A stretch of 64,000 nt of DNA from Tubiluchus corallicola (taxonomy: Eukaryota > Animalia > Priapulida): contig JAQGDQ010000014.1 of NCBI GenBank assembly GCA_030141605.1, positions 1,178,001 to 1,242,000 on the forward strand. The letters run 5' to 3'. The notes below the pieces were generated by a model that was not told the DNA's origin, made no database searches, and saw only the letters and a list, made by a program, of their open reading frames with translations. The translations under genes were made by a program, and so were the position numbers. Below are positions 56,242 through 64,000 of the stretch, piece after piece (the stretch's first letter is position 1; each line of letters opens with the position of its first letter).

Positions 56242-56654
56242 TGGAATTAGTATTTCCTTATGGTGCAGCTTTTGAACTGCTTTTGGTGTGCTATAAGTAC
56301 TGACATTCTAAGAGTGATCTTTAGACTGATTGCTTCTATATCTCCAAAATTTTTGGCAACCTGCAAGAAAATGAAAAAGAAAAACTTGCTTCCCTGTATA
56401 CACTTTTGAAACTGTTCAAAATTAATTTTGCTGCATGTGAAAAGATACGCACTTTCTGAGGAGAATGAGATTTTTTAACATTTTCATTTTGTTGTGCAAT
56501 TTTTTACATGATAGTATGTTGATTCATCCTGTTTCACTCAGGATATTGTAAAGAATACTCTGGCAGGTGTGGTGAGAAACCGGTAAATATAACTTGTTGA
56601 ATAAAGTTTCATATTTTGATTTTGTCAGATTGCAATGAGTATATTAATTTGCAG

Positions 56655-56763
56655 TTTCGAAGAAATATATAAATTCCACAGACAGATATTACGGGTAAAA
56701 GACAGAGATGAATTCCCAATGATCGTCGTTGGAAACAAATGTGATCTAGTACACCAACGCCAG
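56655..56763 (+). CDS. RRAS2: R-Ras2-like GTPase exon 4 (109 nt)
   Basis: [36 protein letters not shown] (G4 NKxD; [12 protein letters not shown] is typical of R-Ras2). Confidence 0.97.
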
Positions 56764-56894
56764 GTATGCAGCAGATTTTCTCAGCATAGTTTGTACCAAC
56801 TCATCCATACAATTGTATTACGATATGCAGAGTAAACATAAAGTTTATCAACAAGTACAATATACACACACACACATACATACACACATATATA

Positions 56895-59800
56895 TAGTCC
56901 GGCAGCCGGTGGTATGAACCTTGCATTTTTCTCGTAAGTTTTTTCTCAGTGGTTTTCTTATGTTCTGATGTTATTCTTTAGGAATATTAAGGGTGGCTGT
57001 CTGCCACCCTTGAGCAATTTAAGATATTGGACCGAAGGTGTTACACTAGAGAAGTACGTTCCATAACAGACCAAAACTGTCATCATCGTGAAAATGAAAA
57101 CACTAACTAACTAAATTTAATATTTTTAACTTAAAAGACATTAAAACGAATAAGAAATAATTGTGTTTTATGTACTCCATGGAAAATTGTGTTGGAGAAT
57201 CAGAGCAAAATAATCAAATTAAGACGTAGTCGTTTTCTTCTTCAGTTGTTTATGTGTTAGTCCTTTCTTAATCCACTAACCTTAAGATTACATCACTTAC
57301 TCAAATTACTAGGTAATAGCTTCATATCCAGATTATATCTCCCACAACTAAGTTACTGCTTTCATACAGTCTAATTCCTTGTTTTAGCTTTGTCAGATTT
57401 ACAGATTTTATTTGTTCGTTATTACTGAGAACCTTCACATGCATGGAACACGATGCAAACTAACTGTTGTACACTGCTTATTGCTATGCACAACATTGCA
57501 TAATATTGTAATGACTTAAAGATATGCATGGATTTGCTCCAGAGTATGAGCTATGATCATCTTTAAAATTGCATCTGGTTATGATTTTACCACAGGAGGT
57601 GCAGTTACTGGCTATAATAATTTTGGTACGCCAATTTTCAAAATCATATTATATTTTGTGCCATCAAGAGAAAATGTTGATGAACTACTTTTTTTTATCA
57701 TAAATGTGCTCTTGTTTCATTTTCGCTAAATGCTTCCATTGTTGATGGCGAAGTGCTCAGCTTTGCATCAGAACAAACTGATCATAAGTTAAAACTTCAC
57801 CTAGAGGTCCTAGTAACATCCGTTCTATGCATCTTACTGTGCCATACATCTATCCATAGCATGCACTGATGAATGTAGTGGCGTGAGTTCCATTAGGCTG
57901 CTTTAATATTGCCAAATTCAGGATTGTCAAAGTACATTCAATGTGGTTCAATTTCCTGCACTGTTAAAATGCATAGCCTCCCATCATCTCTGAACTGATC
58001 TTCTTTGTTCACTATTTAACCATCGTCAGTCATCAATTTCATAACCATTGGGGGTTATTATGATGCGAAAACTTATAAATAATAATAATAATAATCTTTT
58101 ATTTATCTTTTAACACACGCACAGTTATAATACAATTAATTTGGTAACAAAAATGTGAAGAAAGGGCAGCGAAAGACCAATTGGTCATCTAGTCAGCTGC
58201 CCTTTGGTTAGTGATGAACATTTTTTATAGGCGCTATTCTACAGTGTATTAGTGTTAGTACTGCTTATAATAAAAACTAAATTGTTACGAATGACATTAA
58301 ATTGATATGCTTATAACGTGTTAGTACAATTCATACACAGTAATAATAAGTGCATAATAAAAAAAAATCAAACTAAAAATAACTGAAATAAAACTGAACT
58401 GAAATAAAAATCTGACAACAGAAATGTAATAACAATGGCAACTGAAATTTACTTTATAACACAAGCATAATTCTTAGACATAAGCAAGCGAATGTATAAT
58501 GGAGTCATAATATATCATAATAATGTAAAAAAAAAATACAGAGCGATTTTTGATGATCTGGGGTAAAATAAATAGGCAGATAGTTAAAGCACAAAAAATT
58601 ACCTGTATGACTGCATGAGGAGATTGACAATTGGAGTCCAGACTTTGAAAATGATCTACAGAAGTTAGACAATAAACAATTAAATATTGAAGTTAATTGA
58701 ACCTGCTATAACAGTAACTGCTCTTGCACGCAGTTAGACAATTTATTAGTGGGCAAAAGGAATAAAAGTTGTTGCAAAATACTGTATGCTTATATGTAAT
58801 TATCTCAGTAATAAGTTTGCAAGAGTTGACATTTATATAATTTACTTAAGTGACAGATACTAGTTGATTGCTTAAGATCATCTGAAAGAGTATTCCATAG
58901 AATTGTACCATTATGTTTTAAAGTTTGTAGACCTTTTGTTGTGTTAAATAAAGCAAAACAGTGTAGCCAGTCTGTGTCATCTGAATAAATAATGTTCATT
59001 ACTGGCTAGTTTTGTAACCCAAGGAACTTTTTCTTTGTGCTTTCTTTTCGGCTTGACTTTTTTAAATTCATTTATGAAATCTATTTCTTCTGCTAAGGCT
59101 GCCTAGCCATTGGCCAGTTATTTCCAGCTTACCATTGATGTTGGAATTGGAGATAATTCATAGGACGGAACTTCACTGATGCCTGTGTTATTGTTAAATT
59201 CCTGTAACTCTTAAATAAGTTAAATCAATATTACGTGTTTTGCTCAGTCTCACTTCTAATGGACTTCTTCATCAATGCCATGTGCATTCATTGTTTCGCA
59301 GACCCTTGCGATCACTTGTTTTCAAAGTACTGCTATACTGGAATAACCATGTTACCAAATTGACTACACTAAAGATAACAGTACAAGGTTCTCGTTTATA
59401 ACATTAACTGCTGAGGATGTTGTTGTGGCACTAGAAGATTTATACAAACTCCCAGTTTTTTTACATAGTTCTTGCTTGTCTATAATATCTACGTCTATTC
59501 TGATTTTGGCTTCTATCTCTTATGTGCCCTAAAATATAAGCCTACCAGTCATCTTGTCTCATAGCTGAAATGTTCTACAAAGAATTTTCTTCTTCACAAC
59601 AAACATAATGACTCAGTGTTTATCCCTTTCTTTTTTCTTCTCTTTCAGTCAAGTCATCATAATGAAAACGAATTTTATTGAATAACCTACTCATAATGCT
59701 ATGATGCAATTTTTGCTTGCTATGTTGTCAAGTAGAAATCAATAGGTTATGTCTCATAGGCACCTAACTAAACTAAGCAGTTTAGCTAAAATGATATAAT

Positions 59801-60257
59801 TGTGATTATTATGGTTTTTCCAAATCCCATGAACCAATGTCTGAATTTCTAGCTGTTTGGTAAACAACATCAGTTATGATTTTATGAAACAGCATGCTTC
59901 AACTTAATACAGCAATATACATGAAGTTATTACAAAAACTAATAATCACAGTACCAAATGCATTATGTACATATTGTAGTCCAGTTTTTGAATTCTCCAT
60001 GTCAAAAACTAGCTATCAATTTAATTATACGTCAGTATCAGTGTCATTTTCCTAATCATAATAGTTTTGGTGTGTCACGGCACTGGCTTTTTCAATTGTA
60101 ACTCTTTCAGTCCAAAATCTCAAAATTCTCAAGGCTGACAAAGGGCCTCCTTAATATTCCTAAAAAGGGACCATTGGAACATGAGAAAACTGCTGAGAAA
60201 AAACTTGCACAGAAAGTCCACTGTTCACTCAAAAATTGCTTTCTGGCTGCCAGACTA
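56895..60257. mobile_element. Academ-like DNA transposon derivative filling Ras intron 4
   Basis: ATA|TAGTCCGGCAGCC ... GGCTGCCAGACTA|ATA: TAG...CTA termini, 3-bp TSD and imperfect inverted arms of more than 200 bp. Confidence 0.65.
58079..58999 (-). mobile_element. CR1/L2-group LINE 3' fragment nested in the Academ-like element
   Basis: NTTKGLQTLKHNGTILWNTLSDDLKQSTS is a typical ORF2 C-terminus; 3' UTR stem-loop at 58164..58202; AATAAA + (ATT)n tail. Confidence 0.8.
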
Positions 60258-60356
60258 ATACATATGGTACTAGTTTTATTGTACACCCTCATAACTGACA
60301 TATTTAAAAGAACAGGCTGCATAAACTTCAACAATTGGTTTTTGTCCTTTTTGTAG

Positions 60357-60475
60357 GTATCGGCTGATGAAATCATGCAACTTGCACAACAACTGAAACT
60401 TCCATACAAAGAAGTCAGTGCCAAACTCAGGCAAAATGTTGACCAAAGCTTTCATGATTTAGTGCGATTAGTCAG
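60357..60475 (+). CDS. RRAS2: R-Ras2-like GTPase exon 5 (119 nt)
   Basis: [40 protein letters not shown] (G5 SAK). Confidence 0.96.
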
Positions 60476-60600
60476 GTAAGTGTATACTTAAGTTGTATGT
60501 AAACATGTACCGTGGCATCCATCAAATCGTTAGATTAATGTTAAAATGTGAGCAATAATGAAAGGCACTTGTATTAAATTAGTTAACTGTCTTTTTACAG

Positions 60601-60670
60601 AAAATTCCAAGCATTGGAAAAGCCTCTTATGAAACCAAAACCAAAGAGAAGAAAATGTACTGTCCTCTAG
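60601..60670 (+). CDS. RRAS2: R-Ras2-like GTPase exon 6 (hypervariable region, CaaX)
   Basis: KFQALEKPLMKPKPKRRKCTVL*; TTTTTACAG| acceptor. Confidence 0.96.
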
Positions 60671-61601
60671 TGCAGGACCTGTATACATATATGTATCCTA
60701 TTTTTATCTGCAAAGTACAGGAATAATTTTTAGTAATTGCAAGTATAATGCATATTCATATCATGGTCAAGTATATAAATGATAACTATTACACTATGAT
60801 GGATAATCATTTGTATTAGAAAGTAAGCTAGATTTCATAATCAAAATGACATGTTATTTTTGCAATTTTTCATAGCAATTCAAAGCATTTGAGAGCTGAT
60901 GAAAAATTATATTGTTCTTACTTTATATATTTAAAAATTCAGTGCAGTGCTACATTATTTACAGTTAGACAATTATTTACTTGTAGTTTCTTGTATTTTC
61001 AATTACGTCTGCAGCTTTGATTCTAATACAAATTTCCTTTGAGCATAATGATGAATTTGAATGAAACTATTCAGAAATTTTTTGCTTTTATTAGGCATCT
61101 GGGTTGCTTTAACATGGTATGTTAAAGCAACCATTTATGATTTTAATGCTTGTGATATTTTGGTTTTATATTTTTTTATTGTGGTTTTACACTTGTTCAT
61201 CATAGCTCCTGCCCTAATAATTATTTGTCTTGAAACTCGACTATGATTTTGCACAAGTTGACAAGATACTCGTCTCACTTGCAAATAAGTAAGCATTTAC
61301 CATGCAAATTTTTTAATGCGAAGATGCCCTTCATTCAGATTGAGTAATGCAGAGACTGTAATGAACCTGTAACAGTAATCTTATTTGGTTTACTTGCTCT
61401 ATTATTTTTTAATTTGAGAAATCTACAAACTTTCATTTTCGTCCTATTTTCGTAAATGGCATAGCAGACAGATTTTCCGTGTCGTAAATTAAATATACTA
61501 ATGCTGTTATTTATTAAGATTAATTACCACTACCTTGTTATACGTTAAACCATTTGTGTCAGCTTCTGGTAGCTGTGATATTTTTTTGTTTCAAACCTAT
61601 A

Positions 61602-62742
61602 TGTTACAGGCAATGTGTAAAATTCAGACATTTTATAAAATTCCTAGACATTTCATATAACACATATGCGTTGCAGGAAAAGTGTGAAACAAATCTTTTT
61701 GCTGCAACTGTTTCACACTTTACCTAGGCGTTTTGTATTATAACATTTAGGAATTTATAAAATGTGTAAAGTGACTTTGGCAAAGAATAAAATGAGCATA
61801 TTTCACATTGAATCAAACTTTTCTTACCTATTTTGTACATTACCTATACATTATATGAAATGCCACAAAACGACTTAGTAAATGTACAAAACTAAGCGAG
61901 CTGTTCAAGTAAACCGGTGAGTTAATTGTTTTACTTGTAATGGGCGCAACATCGCCACCTCTGATAGGCTGCTTAATCAGCTGGATCATTTTCCATAGCT
62001 AGAAATTAAGACTTCAGCCGGATTCAGAAAAGCTCTTATGAACAATTTTCTTCACAAGTTTATGCAAACGGACATTCTTAGTTCCACGCACAGATTCATT
62101 AAACTACTTTTCCTAAAAATCTTCTTAAATGTGAGGCTTGGAGCTTACATGCAAACAATTTTGCATGTTGTCATTAGCTTAAATGCTATAATTGGTGTAG
62201 TGATGGAAGAAGAAGAGATTAATAATAGAAATTTAATGTGCAGATAACGTATTTTTTCCAATACATTAAAATTAGAAATTTTAGCATTTATGAATTGTAG
62301 CCCGCACAGCACACCATAAGACTTGCATCTCTCTCTCTCTCTTTCTCCCTGTTTCTGTCTCTGTCTTTCAGCCAAGCAACGAATCACACAAATTTGCAAC
62401 AGCATTTAAGCGTAACTTGGTTCAATTTCATATATTCCTTAAAATAAAATTTACTTTATATATAATGCCTAGGAGAATTATATCAGGACAATTGAACATT
62501 TCTCATATTTTTAAATTAACTAAAATTTATTAGACATTCTATGAAATGCCAAGGAAAACTATACTTAACATCTAAGAATTACATAGTTTGCCTAGAGAGA
62601 CTTTTGCATTGTATATAATGTCTAAGAAAAGTGTAGAAGGAGCTGTTTTAGACACTTTACCTGGCTTATTTTGGCACTCTATAAAATGTCTAGGGCTCTA
62701 GGCATTCTATAAAATACCCGATTTCACACTTTGCCTGTAACA
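61602..62742. mobile_element. Ginger-like non-autonomous DNA transposon
   Basis: TATA|TGTTACAGGCAA ... TTGCCTGTAACA|TATA: TGT...ACA termini, 4-bp flanking repeat, ~45-bp imperfect TIR and internal repeats of TIR motifs. Confidence 0.7.
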
Positions 62743-64000
62743 TATACATTATTTCAGTTGCCCGCCTGTCAGATGTCTGAAAAAGTATGAAGACAGAATT
62801 TGATTGATACATTAAGTAAACAAAAACGTCATTATTCCGTACTGTTTCAGTACTTTCTAGTGCATTGTATTTTTTGTCATTTTCTTGCAAATATCTTGAT
62901 AACGAGAAATGGAACTTTGAACAAAAAATAAAAAACTCCGCAATAAAAATCATTTTTTTCATTGTGTGATCTGCTATTTTTTATTTGTTATTTTGATTTC
63001 TTATTAATTGTCCATTATGATAGATGCAGTTGTTGCCAATTTTAGATAGCTTAACTTAAAATGATCAGTGCCAGACTTTTTACGACTTTGTTGAGTAACT
63101 TTGACTAATCATTTGTTGGTTAGTCTCATGCTGATTTATTTTAGGCTGGATTTATAATTACTGTTGTATTCATTTAGATGCTTCGATCATGCTGCCTTAG
63201 ATTCAAGAAAACACTAAAATTTTTAAGACAGGATTTATCGCTGAAAGTTGTCTGTTGAGCATTGAGGTGTTAATGTGGACTGCTTATATTCTTATCTTTT
63301 GTCATCTTGATTGATATAGGATATATGATAAAAATGTCTTATTATTTTATAAACTGAAGAAATGAAATCTCAATTTTTTTCAGAACTGATACCAGCTGGT
63401 AATGTATAACAAATTTCATTTAAGAAGCTAATAGATTAGCTAATTGTGGGATGTGATTTTTATCTATTTTATGCACGGTACATGTCATACTGAATGTATA
63501 ATTATGCGGCTTTTTTAGTTATAATTTAAGTAACATTCTGAGTTAAAGTCACAGGTAATGTACTAACAGTTACTCATGTTTCACTGCAGAAGATCTAATC
63601 TGGATCAAGTCCAACTTGGCAATTTATATTGCGAAAAGGGAATGAGTAAAACAATTTGCAAATCTATGCAACATTACAGAATAAGAAACAGTGTAAAAAC
63701 ATTACTCTGTAAAGCATATTTCTTATCTTGTGTTGTTTTTTGGCAAACAGTTTATTCTAAGTACAGGGATTGTATTGGCTACTAATATCTTAGTTCAGCC
63801 AAGATTATATTTGCCCACAAATAGCTAATTTATGTGCTTTTTTCTAAACTTAAAGTGTAAATACTGCATTGTTGCTGTTACATGAAAATGCCTCGTAGAA
63901 GATTAAAGTGCGAAGTGCGTGCGCACTACACACCCCCCCCCACACACACACACACAAACCATGTGTATAGTAAGCATTTTATAAATGTGTATGGACACTG

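Noticed and set aside
60107-60424. Similar short ORFs at 5580..5831 and 60107..60424 (ASFFSAVF.CS.GPF), suggesting a gene family
   Set aside because: The similarity comes from the shared non-coding transposon arm; the second ORF is also antisense to Ras exon 5.

Overview
AT-rich, intron- and repeat-rich animal (invertebrate-like) nuclear DNA, not prokaryotic; most ORFs in the track are microsatellite or antisense artefacts. Two complete spliced genes can be rebuilt by hand on the + strand: GTP cyclohydrolase I (GCH1/Punch; 7 coding exons, 26212..44403, about 228 aa) and an R-Ras2/TC21-like GTPase (6 exons, 48785..60670, 196 aa). Both have internal exon lengths matching their human orthologues. 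A 1.1-kb orphan reading frame on the - strand (17196..18317) looks like a large exon of an unidentified gene lying head-to-head with GCH1. The rest is transposon debris: Kolobok, Academ-like, Crypton-like, Ginger-like, hAT, mariner and Harbinger elements, Helitron/Helentron-like repeats, CR1/L2/RTE LINE fragments, tRNA-derived SINEs and many microsatellites. I see no CRISPR, rRNA or clear-cut novel multi-gene system. The best leads are a second GCH1 first exon, the orphan gene, a LINE with ORF1 retained but EN/RT deleted in frame, and microsatellites that appear to grow out of retroposon 3' tails. All family assignments are by eye and need database confirmation.
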